Assembly (NCBI GenBank): GCA_002269645.1 | Contig: NIVC01002758.1 | Coordinates: 78,768-142,767, forward strand | Length of the DNA stretch: 64,000 nt | DNA from: Macrostomum lignano | Lineage: Eukaryota | Reading direction: 5' to 3' | Shown: positions 51,186-64,000 of the stretch, piece after piece | Numbering within the stretch: the stretch's first letter is position 1 | Layout of the letters: every line of letters begins with the position of its first letter | The notes under the pieces: generated by a model | The model's input: the letters and a program-made list of their open reading frames with translations, nothing else | Databases searched by the model: none | What the model was told of the DNA's origin: nothing | Translations under genes and position numbers: made by a program

Positions 51186-54100
51186 CTGTAAGTCTAAGAT
51201 TATCACTACAAGGCTCTCCAAATCACTGCAAGTAAGACACAAGGACAACTAAAGTGACATATAACTTTAGTAGTCCTTGGTAAGACATTAAACCATTAGA
51301 CACAGAGTAACACATTAGAGCCGTACAAGTGCAGCTGCACTTTGCTTACTTGAAACTCAGACTTATTGCGCCTTCATAACGAAGCTTCACTACTGCTACG
51401 TCATTTAGGACAGGCTTTTACTCTGCATGCCAATCAAGCGCTATCAAATCTCTGCAGCTAGGGGTGCAATGATAGTAACCACGGTAACCACGGTAAATCA
51501 GTGATATCTGGTTTATTCAATATATTAAGGTACAAGTATAACTGCCGCGTGGAAAGAACTTTGAAATGTTTGTATGTAATGCCAATTTGTTGGTTGAGTG
51601 CATACGTATACTCGTGCGCATTCGTGCTTATATCTGCGTGGATGTCAAGGCTCATGGAATTTTTTTGAAATTCTGTGACTCAAGGGGGATTTCTGACACT
51701 TCAAGGCTTATGGGCGGTTGCTCAGCTGATTTAAGCCAAAGTTCAAAGCGGATGCTGATATCTAGGCTAGATAGCACTGGCTTTCAGGGTAGATGCTTTA
51801 TTTGCTCGAAACATTTTTTTCCTTAAAAAATTAGCAATATAGTGACTGTACAAGCTGATCATGACAGGGTCAAAACTTTTACATGCATTATTATTCCTTT
51901 GTAATGTAAATTATTCATTTCATTGTTGCCTCCCCAAACGGGGCTGCAGATTTCTAAAGTGAGCTAAAAAAAAAGCTGTTCATGTAAAACGTACGATTAC
52001 ATGTAGCTTGCTTCGTAGCATTTTTGTGGAGCGTATAGCTTGAGGTTCAAGCGCTGAAATTTGGACTTCCGGCCGGACACTTGTCATAATTCTTTAAAGC
52101 AACTAGTATTGCACTTAGCACACGACGTGAATTCTGCGAACTAGTTTATACGTACATGTAACGATCGATGCTGATCGACCTCCAAGTGGATAGCGAACGG
52201 CGCGATTTTACAAATTACATGCAAGCCATCAGATGCCAGTGACTAAGGGTTCGCTGTAAATATTATACTGAGTTCTGCTAGCGGATTCAGGGGGTCAAAG
52301 GGGGTTTGCTTGTTGGCTGACGACCCAATTAGATCGCTGTACAAACGTAGATGTACCACTGCAGCTGTATTTTGAGTAGTCCTTAGAAGCTGGATGATAG
52401 CAATTCAAGGGGTACTTCTAAGTTTTCTTTTATTGTTTGCCTCGTTCTCCCTGCCTTTACATAATTAGATAAGTTGGGTTTGTCTATTGTATTTTCTCAG
52501 GGGTTCAGACCAAAGACCACCACTGTAATACTAGGACTACATATGTGCATGTTTCTATACTTAAGGAGAAGGAAATGTGGCAGGTGGCTGCCCCTGATAA
52601 TCAATCAATTAATAGGACAATTTCAATTTTTTAATTCTGGGCGTTAATAAGTTGTTCCAGACCCGGAATTATTTTCCTTCTCCGGGAGGACGAGTTTCGT
52701 CATCCTACCTCCCGTCCCGCTCGTGACTTTTGCTCTCGGCCCATGCTTGGACGGCTCGTTTCCGTGCGTTGAATATTTTTGTTTTTTTCCTTTAACCTTA
52801 TGCAATTTTGAGCGTCGTCCATTTATAGCGGTTGATCCCTCTTCGGGCCTTTATTTTCCCCCGTTTGATCCAACTGGTGTTACTCCCGTCGTACCCTTTA
52901 AATAATGCTCAATTTGCGTGAATTTTTCTTTATGCTGTTTTTCCGTTCGCGTTTTCCTTGCGTTTGTGAGTTTTAGTTTCGTCGTTTGTGTTTAATTAGT
53001 TTATTTTCTGACTCAGCCTACTCTACTTTGCTTATTAGCTACTAGTACCGCGGCTCCGCCGAATCAACTCTCGTAGAAGAAAGAAATAATTATAATTTTA
53101 TAATTTTCTTAAGCCTGCTGAACAAATAATAATAAATAAATAACAAGTTGCACCTTATTTATTCGTTGATCCATAAGCCATAGCCTATTCTTGAACGACC
53201 GCTCAGCTACACATATACGATTTGCGACTACCCTCGTCCCCCGGACTTGAGACCCAGGCAGTCGGAGTAAAACAGGAGAAAATGATGTGATTCGTCTGCG
53301 CGATTTCCGGATTTATTCGTGCGAACGCAACGCCGGCGGAATTTAAACGTTGAAACCGCCCCACCTCATTGGTGTGCAGCAACCGAACTATTTTTCCCAA
53401 TCTCATTATTTTCTTTTTCCGACCCCACCTCGGAAACATAGCGGGAAACTACGTTTCTTAGAAAATGTTTGAGGCTGGTTTTTTCAAAAAATACACTACG
53501 GAGATAGGAAGTTTTCTTTTTGTAGCACAAAAATTGTAATTGCCTCCTAGCGTTAATATTGCACAATTTTAAAACGATTATTTTATTTCAAAGCTTAGCT
53601 TAGAGCAAAGTTATCTCGTCTTTTTCAAACTAAATTGTCAGCATATTCTGAAACTGTTAAGCATAAAATATCATATTTGTTATAATTTGTACTTTAGAGT
53701 GTCTACGATTTTCAACGGTTTCAAATCTCGAATTTCTTGTGTTTTTACTGATCACCTGATTAAATAAGATAAAATTTTCGCCACAAATCGCAATCTAACC
53801 GCCGAAATTACGAACGAAAATTGTAACAATGTAATATACATCATTAGAAATGGTATGACAACAATGTATTGTAGCAGTTGTAACAATATTGTAACAATGA
53901 TTCTCATTACATCTAACAATAATGATGACAATGCAATGCCTTAACATTGTCGCCAAAGTGACTGTCGCCAAAATGTCTTGTCACCGAAGTGACTGGTAGC
54001 CTGTAATATAGACTATAGTAATAATAGTATATATCATTACCTTTTTGTGTTCTGAGCCTCTGCTGCATATCATTTTTACCCTAGGCCTAGTGCCTATTGT

Positions 54101-56281
54101 TTTTACATTTGGCTTTATCTTCATTTTTATTTTAGGCTCCTTCAATCAGATTTGGTTTGAATGACTTTTTACTTAAGCATGGCTTTTGATTTTTTGTCAA
54201 CAGTCACCCAAGACAGTCAAGACAAAAAAACTTTTTTAATGTTTTAAAATGTATATTCAAGAATTAAAACTTCAACTACTAACCATCTATATTTATCTTA
54301 TTCTTAACAAAAGTAGCACTAAATATAGGGCATAATTCTAGTTACTAATTCTAGTAATTCTACTTCGTTATATTATTTCATAATTCTACTTTACTTTGTT
54401 ATATTATTTCATAATTCTACTTTACTTTGTTATATTATTTTAATGTATTTTCTTGTATCTGTACTCTTAGCACAACCCTTTCAGCCATTATGGCCGGTTG
54501 CCCAGCTGCATTGACAGTTATTTGTCCTGCAAATGAAATTGTTAATGCTGCCCTAATTGTTAATGGTCCCTAGCCAAGAGGCGCCTGCACGCCATGCACA
54601 GAATGAGCAACGCACTTTTCGAGGCCCATCTTGAGGAGTATATCTAGTGCCACATGTACCCTAACAACCCCTTCGGTGCCGTGCTGTATTGGGCCTCTGT
54701 TTATTATCCTGTTTAGGACTTGGCTTGACCTTAAACCTGAAATTGATAGAAAAATGGGGTAAAATAATTTAACAAAAGGCAGAATAATATAACAAAGTAA
54801 ACTAGAATTATGCCAAATATAGTAAATAATAAAAAATATATGCCTATTTGTAGCAAATACTACTCTTTGCACTCTTAGGCTTATATGCTTTATTACTTTA
54901 TTTCTAGGTTAGGTTGTGTTAGACACAATAGCAAACCAACTATATTAGGCCTAGTATATATTCTAACAAGGACTTTTAGTAGACAAATTGACAGTGAACA
55001 AAATGACCTGCACTTTTTTATCAATACCAATCATAGTAATTGCTTTCTAAAAAGGATAATAAAGCATCTAAATTTCTAGGTTTAGAATTTCTATTCTAAG
55101 TTTCTAATTTACTATTTATTATATTTAATTTATATGCAAATAGCATTAATATAGGCCTAATTATTAATGTTCCACCATAAGGAATGTCTATATACTGTAG
55201 CTGTAGCTGTAAGCAAAACTATGGCTTAAGTTAAAAATAAAAAAACACTCAATTGACTTTATAATATTATATTTTGTCTTTTTACAAAGCAACAATACTT
55301 AATATTAATCGCTACTGAAAGTACTAATTTTGATCTTTTTCACATTAATAAAAATTAGAGTTAAAGTAGTGTTATTGACATTGTAGCCTATTTTATTAGG
55401 TATATTCTATAAGTTTCTAAGTTAATAATACAGTTTACTAAACTTTGTTTACTAAGTCTAAAGTATCTTTGTTTTACTTTACCTGTTTCTAGTATTTTTT
55501 AAATTTTTTTAAATTAATAACTTTGGCTATAGGAAGCTATGGAATATGATAGCAACAACTATATTTCTGTAGTTGTAGCCATAAGAGCAGCTAGCTACCA
55601 TAGGCATATTTCTATATAGAGCTAATTTATTTTTATTACTTCTTATAACTTTAACAATGCTAAATTCAACAGTAATAACTATATTATCTTAACTTATACC
55701 CCTATCATCCTAACTACACAAAAATATATAATATTGAAAATCTATTGTTTAAATTTCTAAACTCTATGTACTTAAATGTTCTCATTAGAAAGGCTCTGAC
55801 ACTAGCAATATGAATTCATTCTTATAATCTTATTGCTCCTATAAAATCCAGGGCTCTAATGATCTTTTGAGTCTTTTAACTCTATCATTGAATTTCTAAT
55901 ATTAACAGATATAAGAAATGTGTTCTTGTACCTATTCTACCTAAAAACCTTTAAGTATTTTACTTCCCATAGCCATGTACAAGTATATAGCTATTGCAAA
56001 ACTTTATTATATAAATAGGATAGGACTCCAGCTCTAAAGTTGTAAGAATCTAGAAATAATTGAGGCTTTTAAATGTAAAATAAAATGTTGCATATCTTAA
56101 GTGTATTGTTTCTGAATGTCTTTTTTAAACATTAAATTTTACTTTGATATTTAATTGTATTAAATTTGTCTAATACAAACTCAACAGAGCACCACTTCAA
56201 ACTCTTCATTTTTGCTATTCAGCATCATCTTTTACTCAATAGTAGTGAAATCTAATATAATTCAAAATCGCACTCAAAGAC

Positions 56282-56851
56282 ATGGCCAGTAGCAACACTA
56301 ACAGCTCTAAGACCCTCACCACTGTCGAGGATCACGATGGCTGGACGCTGGTCAACTATGATGACATTGGCGACAATGTTGACGAAGGCTTCCTGCTGGC
56401 TGGCGGCGCCAGCGGTGGCAATCGAAGCGACAGCAGCAGCTCCGCTGAGGTGCTAAGATCGCCAACTCCGACTTCCAGCATCGATGCCAATGACGATGAA
56501 GTCGAAGGCCAGCTGGAAGCATCGCCGGCGGGCTCCCAGGAGCTAGCTCCTGCTGCAACTGCTCGCGCTGTTGTGGCCGCAGCCGCTGCTGCCAGCGGTC
56601 ACCGGGCCGCGGCCGCCGCCTCGGCTTCGTCGAGTTCATCATCGGCTGTGGCGCTGTGCCATTCGGCTGCCTCCAGGGCTGCCAGCCGCACCCGAGCCAA
56701 GCTGGAGCTGAGCCGGGCCAGCCTGGCCCGCAGGAACCAGGTGGCTACCCTGCGCTGCTCAGCCGGCAGCGGCGCTTCCGCTAAGCGCCAAATGAAAATG
56801 CGCGGCACCGTCAAGTGCCCGCAGGCCCGCTCCGCTTCTAAAAAGTGCTGA
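56282..56851 (+). CDS. Small low-complexity protein with an N-terminal acidic LIR motif; possibly TP53INP/DOR-like
   Basis: 189-aa GC-rich ORF in AT-rich flanks; EDHDGWTLV fits the LIR pattern; basic C-terminus LSRASLARRNQ...KRQMK. The central TP53INP motifs were not seen. Confidence 0.6.
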   Translation: MASSNTNSSKTLTTVEDHDGWTLVNYDDIGDNVDEGFLLAGGASGGNRSDSSSSAEVLRSPTPTSSIDANDDEVEGQLEASPAGSQELAPAATARAVVAAAAAASGHRAAAAASASSSSSSAVALCHSAASRAASRTRAKLELSRASLARRNQVATLRCSAGSGASAKRQMKMRGTVKCPQARSASKKC

Positions 56852-56924
56852 ATGAACTTTTCATAGCTCAATTTTGAGCTAGCTGGGGCTATCTGACCCT
56901 GCTGGGAGTTTGTAAGTGTAACCA

Positions 56925-57495
56925 CCCCATGATTCTTGATTGGCTGCCACCCCCTCCACCCCATGATCCTTGTGTGGCTGCCACGCCTCCACCCCATGAT
57001 CCTTGATTGGCTGCCACCCCTCCACCCCATGATCCTTGATTGGCTGCCACCCCTCCACCCCATGATCCTTGATTGCCTGCCACCCCTCCACCCCATGATC
57101 CTTGATTGGCTGCCACCCCCTCCACCCCATGATCCTTGATTGGCTGCCACCCCCTCCACCCCATGATCCTTGATTGGCTGCCACCCCTCCACCCCATGAT
57201 CCTTGATTGGCTGCCACCCCCTCCACCCCATGATCCTTGATTGGCTGCCACCCCTCCACCCCATGATCCTTGATTGCCTGCCACCCCCTCCACCCCATGA
57301 TCCTTGATTGGCTGCCACCCCCTCCACCCCATGATCCTTGTGTGGCTGCCACGCCTCCACCCCATGATCCTTGATTGGCTGCCACCCCTCCACCCCATGA
57401 TCCTTGATTGGCTGCCACCCCTCCACCCCATGATCCTTGATTGGCTGCCACCCCCTCCACCCCATGATCCTTGATTGGCTGCCACCCTCCACCCC
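56925..57495. repeat. 33/34-bp minisatellite (ccaccccatgatccttgattggctgccacccct)
   Basis: Measured period 33; begins about 75 bp after the ORF stop. Confidence 0.95.
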
Positions 57496-58844
57496 ATGGG
57501 TTTAAGTTGGCTCATAAGTTAACGATTTGTTGTTAAGTGAATGAGTTTTTAGTCACTGGTTGTTTTGGTGTGTTTTAAGAGTTATGGAAGCTGAATGATC
57601 TTTGAGGTTGGTGTAGACAATATCAAATGTCAAGAGTAGCGGTTTTTTGTTTTCGTTTTTATTCGGCCTGTTGTTAAATTTTCACCCCTTCGTGTTGTGC
57701 CCTTTGTAACACTTCTTAACTTTTTATATAAATGCTTATTTATAATTATAATTATTCAACTTTTAACTGTCGTCATTAGGCACACATGCTAGGACCCTCT
57801 GTGTACTCTTGAGTTGTTTTGTTTTAAGTAGCTAACGAGAGTCGGTTGGTTTGTGAATTTAAGATTGCTACAATAAATTCAAGGTTTAATTGACGCGTTC
57901 TTTTGTTAATCTGTGATAAAAAAGGGTTTGTTAATGCTTTTGTACTACTGTTTCAATATGCAATCTGTATAGTAAAAAAACTCTAAATAAAGGCTATAAT
58001 TGTTCTTTCAATTTTATTCGGAAACTTCATTGTCTGTGCAAATATTATTAATATTTCGCAATTTGTCAATTTTGTTATAACTGTTCATAGAGAACAGTGT
58101 AGATTTTGTGTTTGCTGAAAAATCAATTTATAAATAATTTTATTACTTGATATTCAGCTAGAAGCCCAAGTCTAAATTACAGAAGCCTTTCAATTTATTA
58201 AATTTAATACAGAGCTGCTGAATCACAGGCCATCATAGTCATAATCTGAATTCTCGATTACAATTTCCATTGTATACTTTTTGCTCCTTTAAGATTATCT
58301 TGCTAACTGCCTAGAATTAGCTAACATCTGTTCTGTTTGACACAATTAGAAATCATTGTTACAATTTATTTATCAAATTTTGCTACTTACAGGCGCTTTC
58401 AGAGTCAGTTTTTTTATATAGTTTTCTGTTTTTTTATAGTGATAATTTACTAAACGAGTTGACCAAGTTTAACTGATTATAATAATTTATGCTAATTAAT
58501 TTGATTAATGTTAACAGTATTATTAACTACTAAAGTCTATATCAGCTGATTGTGTAATTAAATCTCATAGTTTCCGCAGTAATTAAGTTACTTTATTAAG
58601 AACGCGTCGGGAAAACAAAATATTATTTCCTATTAAAATCTTAACGGTTGACTGGTCTGATTGTGTGACTTGACTCTTCTCTGTTAATCTCTCTTTTATT
58701 AATCCTGCTCTTATTAGCGTGTGTTGTCCTGTAGCCTCTTAATTCGTCTTTAAACTCTGTTTTGCCTGAACTTTATCACTGTTATTTTTGGCTATTTTTT
58801 TCGAGACATCGCTGCGTTGAAGAGTGAGAGTCTTACTCTTAAAA

Positions 58845-60160
58845 TTGGCCCTGAACCATCATGAGAATTGGCCCTAAACCATCATGAGAATTGGCCCTGA
58901 ACCATCATGAGAATTGGCCCTGAACCATCATGAGAATTGGCCCTGAACCATAATGAAAATTGGCCCTGAACCGTCATGAGAATTGGCCCTGAACCATCAT
59001 AAGAATTGGCCCTGAACCATCATGAGAATTGGCCCTGAACCATCATGAGAATTGGCCCTGAACCATCATGAGAATTGGCCCTGAACCATCATGAGAATTG
59101 GCCCTGAACCATAATGAAAATTGGCCCTGAACCGTCATGAGAATTGGCCCTGAACCATAATGAAAATTGGCCCTGAACCGTCATGAGAATTGGCCCTGAA
59201 CCATAATGAGAATTGGCCCTGAACCATCATGAGAATTGGCCCTGAACCATCATGAGAATTGGCCCTGAACCATCATAAGAATTGGCCCTGAACCATCGTG
59301 AGAATTGGCCCTGAACCATCATGAGAATTGGCCCTGAACCATCATAAGAATTGGCCCTGAACCATCATGAGAATTGGCCCTGAACCATCATGAGAATTGG
59401 CCCTGAACCATCATGAGAATTAGCCCTGAACCATAATGAAAATTGGCCCTGAACCATCATGAGAATTGGCCCTGAACCAAAATGAAAATTGGCCCTGAAC
59501 CGTCATGAGAATTGGCCCTGAACCATCATGAGAATTGGCCCTGAACTGTCATGAGAATTGGCCCTGAACCGTCATGAGAATTGGCCCTGAACTGTCATGA
59601 GAATTGGCCCTGAACCGTCATGAGAATTGGCCCTGAACCGTCATGAGAATTGGCCCTGAACCATCATGAGAATTGGCCCTGAACCATCATGAGGCTTGGC
59701 CCTGAACCGTCATGAGAATTGGCCCTGAACCGTCATGAGAATTGGCCCTGAACCATCATGAGAATTGGCCCTGAACCATTATGAGGCTAGAATTGGCCCT
59801 GAACCATCATAAGAATTGGCCCTGAACCATCATGAGAATTGGCCCTGAACCATCATGAGAATTGGCCCTGAACCATCATGAGAATTGGCCCTGAACCATC
59901 ATGAGAATTAGCCCTGAACCATAATGAAAATTGGCCCTGAACCATCATGAGAATTGGCCCTGAACCAAAATGAAAATTGGCCCTGAACCGTCATGAGAAT
60001 TGGCCCTGAACTGTCATGAGAATTGGCCCTGAACCGTCATGAGAATTGGCCCTGAACCATCATGAGAATTGGCCCTGAACCATCATGAGAATTGGCCCTG
60101 AACCATCATGAGAATTGGCCCTGAACCATCATGAGAATTGGCTCTGAACCATCCTGATAA
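58845..60160. repeat. 23-bp minisatellite (gaattggccctgaaccatcatga)
   Basis: Measured period 23. Confidence 0.98.
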
Positions 60161-60677
60161 TGGTAGGAAAGTGTGCAGTAAGACTAGCAAATTTTAGCAG
60201 TGTTGTCATGCTCATTTTTTTAATTTCGAGACTTGAATATAAGTTATTCAATTTGTTTGTTCAGTACATTTTTTTCTCTTGTAAATTTAGCCTCATTAGC
60301 TGGTCTTTGCCAATTTGAGTTTTTTATTCTTAAAAGTACTTTTTAGTGCTTTTTTAGACAAAGAATTTTCTGCTCCTTTGTGCGCTGTTGAAAGATTGTG
60401 TTAAGATGAGTGTTTTCTGTAATACAGCCCTCGGTTCATTTGGTAGTTTTCTATTAGAACTAAAAAATTTTGTGTGCACTGACTAATAAAGTTATCCAGA
60501 TAGAATAAATTTTTTGCTTGTCTATTATTTAACTTGTTTATCTTTGCCACAAGTTAACCCTTTGTAATCTAAAAATAAACATTTTTAGTAGCTCAGCCAA
60601 TTTAATATATTTAAAAAGCCGCTCTGTTGATTTCTTTATAACTTTTTTTAAGTTTCAAAGTTTTTAATAATTTAATA

Positions 60678-61725
60678 ATGGGAGAGTGGGTCAGTGGAGA
60701 GTGGGTCAGTGAGGGAGAGTGGGTCAGTGAGGGAGAGTGGGTCAGTGAGGGAGAGTGGGTCAGTGAGGGAGAGTGGGTCAGTGAGGGAGAGTGGGTCAGT
60801 GAGGGAGAGTGGGTCAGTGAGGGAGAGTGGGTCAGTGAGGGAGAGTGGGTCAGGGAGGGAGAGTGGGTCAGTGAGGGAGAGTGGGTCAGTGAGGGAGAGT
60901 GGGACAGTGAGGGAGAGTGGGTCAGTGAGGGAGAGTGGGTCAGTGAGGGAGAGTGGGTCAGGGAGGGAGAGTGGGTCAGTGAGGGAGAGTGGGTCAGTGA
61001 GGGAGAGTGGGACAGTGAGGGAGAGTGGGTCAGTGAGGGAGAGTGGGACAGTGAGGGAGAGTGGGTCAGTGAGGGAGAGTGGGTCAGTGAGGGAGAGTGG
61101 GTCAGTGAGGGAGAGTGGGTCAGTGAGGGAGAGTGGGTCAGTGAGGGAGAGTGGGTCAGTGAGGGAGAGTGGGACAGTGAGGGAGAGTAGAACAGGGGGA
61201 GAGTGGGTCAGGAGAGTCAGTGAGGGAGAGTGTCAGTGAGGGAGAGTGGGTCAGTGAGGGAGAGTGGGTCAGTGAGGGAGAGTGGGTCAGTGAGGGAGAG
61301 TGGGTCAGGGAGGGAGAGTGGGTCAGTGAAGGAGAGTGGGTCAGTGAGGGAGAGTGGGTCAGTGAGGGAGAGTGGGTCAGTGAGGGAGAGTGGGACAGTG
61401 AGGGAGAGTAGAACAGGGGGAGAGTGGGTCAGTGAGGGAGAGTGGGTCAGTGAGGGAGAGTGGTCAGTGAGGGAGAGTGGGACAGTGAGGGAGAGTAGAA
61501 CAGGGGAGAGTGGGTCAGTGAGGGAGAGTGGGTCAGTGAGGGAGAGTGGGTCAGTGAGGGAGAGTGGGACAGTGAGGGAGAGTGGGACAGTGAGGGAGAG
61601 TGGGACAGTGAGGGAGAGTGGGACAGTGAGGGAGAGTGGGACAGTGAGGGAGAGTGGGACAGTGAGGGAGAGTGGACAGTGAGGGAGAGTAGGAGAGGGG
61701 AGAGTGGAGACAGTGAGGGAGAGTG
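60678..61725. repeat. 18-bp G-rich minisatellite (gggagagtgggtcagtga)
   Basis: Direct. Confidence 0.98.
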
Positions 61726-61854
61726 ATGCTGATATCTGTTATCTCACCGTGCTCAAATGCCCACCGCTTTCCATGGTTGTGCAGCCAGCAGGCCGCATAT
61801 GCAGCAAAGCCGCTACTAGTGTCCCAGCTACCCGCAGCTGCGCACCACAGTTAG

Positions 61855-61968
61855 ATGACAAGCGCCCAGTCAGCTGACATAGCAGCAGCAGCAGCCGAAT
61901 CGTCCCTGCCTGTGTCGTCGAATTCTACCGCAGTCAATCTGGAGAGTGGCCAGCCGCCTGACATGCAG
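61855..61968 (+). CDS. Putative first coding exon of the ATP2C1-like gene
   Basis: ATG-initiated open frame MTSAQSADIAAAAAESS...PDMQ ending at cag|gttcgt; phase 0 matches the next exon. Confidence 0.55.
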
Positions 61969-62079
61969 GTTCGTGCGCCGCTAATAGCTGCTGTTCATTC
62001 TCTTGGAGATTAAATTTTTTGCTTGAGTCGTGCATATAGTAGCGTCTGTTTTACCTTCCTAAAGAATTCACCTAGCTAG

Positions 62080-63220
62080 TGAGAATCGCCCTCTCTCTCC
62101 TATGAGAATGGTTCTCCCTCCCTATGAGAATCGCCCTCTCTACCTATGAGAATCGCCTCTATCTATGAGAATCGCCCTCTCTATCTATGAGAATCGCCCT
62201 CTCTCCCTATGAGAATCGCCCTCTCTACCTATGAGAATCGCCCTCTCTACCTATTAGAATCGCCCTCTCTCTACCTATGAGAATCGCCCCCTCTCTCCAA
62301 TGAGAATCGCCCTCTCTCTCCCTATGAGAATTGCCCTCTCTCTCCCTATGAGAATCGCCCTTTCTACCTATAAGAATCGCTCTCTCTACCTATGAGAATC
62401 GCCCTCTCTCTCCTATAAGAATCGCCCTCTCTACCTATTGGGTTCCCATCTCTCCCTATGAGAATCGCCCTCTCTTCCTATGAGAATCGCCCTCTCTACC
62501 TATGAGAATCGCCCTCTCTCCCTATGAGAATCGCCCTCTTTACCTATGAGAATCACCCTCTCTACCTATGAGAATCGCCCTCTCTATCTATGAGAATCGC
62601 CCTCTCTATCTATGAGAATCGCCCTCTCTCCCTATGAGAATCGCCCTCTATCTATGAGAATCGCCCTCTCTATCTATGAGAATCGCCCTCTCTCCCTATG
62701 AGAATCGCCCTCTCTACCTATGAGAATCGCCCTCTCTACCTATGAGAATCGCCCTCTCTCCTTATGAGAATCGCCCTCTCTACCTATGAGAATCACCCTC
62801 TCTACCTATGAGAATCGCCCTCTCTATCTATGAGAATCGCCCTCTCTCCCTATGAGAATCGCCCTCTCTACCTATGAGAATCGCCTCTATCTATGAGAAT
62901 CGCCCTCTCTATCTATGAGAATCGCCCTCTCTCCCTATGAGAATCGCCCTCTCTACCTATGAGAATCGCCCTCTCTATCTATGAGAATCGCCCTTTCTAC
63001 CCTATAAGAATCGCCCTCTCTCTCCTATGAGAATCTCCTCTCTCCCAATGAGAATCGCCCTCTCTACCTATGAGAATCGCCCTCTCTACCTATGAGAATC
63101 GCCCTCTCTTTCTATGAGAATCGCCTTTTCTACCTATAAGAATCGCCCTCTCTCTCCCTATGAGAATCTCCTCTCTCCCAATGAGAATCGCCCTCTCTAC
63201 CTATGAGAATCGCCCTCTCC
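62080..63220. repeat. About 22-bp minisatellite (ctatgagaatcgccctctct..)
   Basis: Direct; variable (CT)n tail. Confidence 0.96.
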
Positions 63221-63261
63221 CGATAGAGTTTAAGTTGCTGCCGCCGCATTCATTTGCTCAG

Positions 63262-63575
63262 GTGTACAGCCTGAAAGCGCCGCAGGCGCAGTCCGCGGCG
63301 TAGACGAAGTGGCTGGCAGCCTGCGCACCAGCCTGCGCGACGGTCTGTCCAGCCGAAGCCGACGTCCGCCTTCGCCGCTTCGGCCCGAACGAGATCGAAT
63401 CGCCGCCAGACGATCCGCTTTGGCAGAAATATTTGGAACAGTTCAAGGATCCGATGATTCTGTTGTTGCTATGCTCGGCGGTTATTAGTCTGCTCATGCG
63501 GCAGTTTGATGACGCTGTCAGCATCTCTTTGGCTATCGTTATTGTTGTCACTGTTGCCTTTATTCAAGAATACAG
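63262..63575 (+). CDS. ATP2C1: Secretory-pathway Ca2+/Mn2+ P-type ATPase (SPCA/PMR1) exon, N-terminus to TM2; two frame disruptions; 3'-partial
   Basis: FGPNE...[56 protein letters not shown] is near-identical to ATP2C1; donor gtaaga at 63576. Confidence 0.93.
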
Positions 63576-63584
63576 GTAAGACTA

Positions 63585-64000
63585 GTATGCTCAGACATCA
63601 AGTGTGCTCAGACATCAAGTGTGCTCAGATATCCAGTGTGCTCAGAATCCCGTGTGCTCAGTTTCAGATATCCAGTGTGCTCAGAATCCCGTGTGCTCAG
63701 CTTCAGATATCCGTGTGTGCTCAAATATTCAGTGTGCTCAGATATCCAGCTAGTGTGCTCAGATATCCAGTGTGCTCAGAATCCCGTGTGCTCAGCTTCA
63801 GATATCCAGTGTGCTCAAATATTCAGTGTGCTCAGATATCCAGCTAGTGTGCTCAGATATCCAGCTAGTGTGCTCAGATATCCAGCTAGTGTGCTCAGAT
63901 ATCCAGCTAGTGTGCTCAGCCTCAGATATCCAGTTTGCTCAGAATCCCGTGTGCTCAGCTTCAGATATCCAGTGTGCTCAGGATCTCAGAATCTCAGAAT
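63585..64000. repeat. 17-21-bp mixed minisatellite (tcagatatccagctagtgtgc)
   Basis: Direct; runs off the end of the window. Confidence 0.9.

Noticed and set aside
53940-54000. gtcgccaaa/gtcaccgaa repeats resembling a DNA-transposon end
   Set aside because: Could not find the matching opposite terminus or a TSD
54560-54720. GC-richer island in AT-rich DNA, possible decayed exon
   Set aside because: In-frame stops and no recognisable family
56599-57515. Minus-strand Gly/Trp-rich prion-like repeat ORFs
   Set aside because: 33/34-bp array translation that changes frame with unit length
60678-61682. EGEWVS/RESGSV repeat ORFs
   Set aside because: 18-bp array with no unique coding sequence

Overview
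Eukaryotic (metazoan) genomic DNA: GC-rich, Ala/Gln-rich exons separated by introns packed with minisatellites. This style suggests a flatworm such as Macrostomum, which is inference only. Positions 3877-31550 (+) hold a 25-exon in-window reading frame (about 3,800 codons, one junction uncertain) for an apparently complete SMG1 PIKK kinase (NMD). Unusually, it is continuous with three upstream ankyrin repeats, and its 5' end lies upstream of the window. Downstream are a two-exon Ly6/uPAR GPI-anchored protein (+), a C22orf39/UPF0545 homolog (-), a 4.8-kb CMC/EnSpm-like DNA element carrying a spliced DUF4806-like gene with a nested hAT MITE, a foldback MITE, an intronless clan-2-like cytochrome P450 (-), a deleted Tc1 element, a LIR-motif TP53INP/DOR-like ORF (+), and the first exons of an SPCA/ATP2C1 Ca2+/Mn2+ pump (+) with two frameshifts. 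A CORE-SINE sits in one SMG1 intron. More than 30 tandem arrays are present, and most long ORFs in the supplied track are artefacts of them. All homology calls come from remembered family motifs, not database searches.
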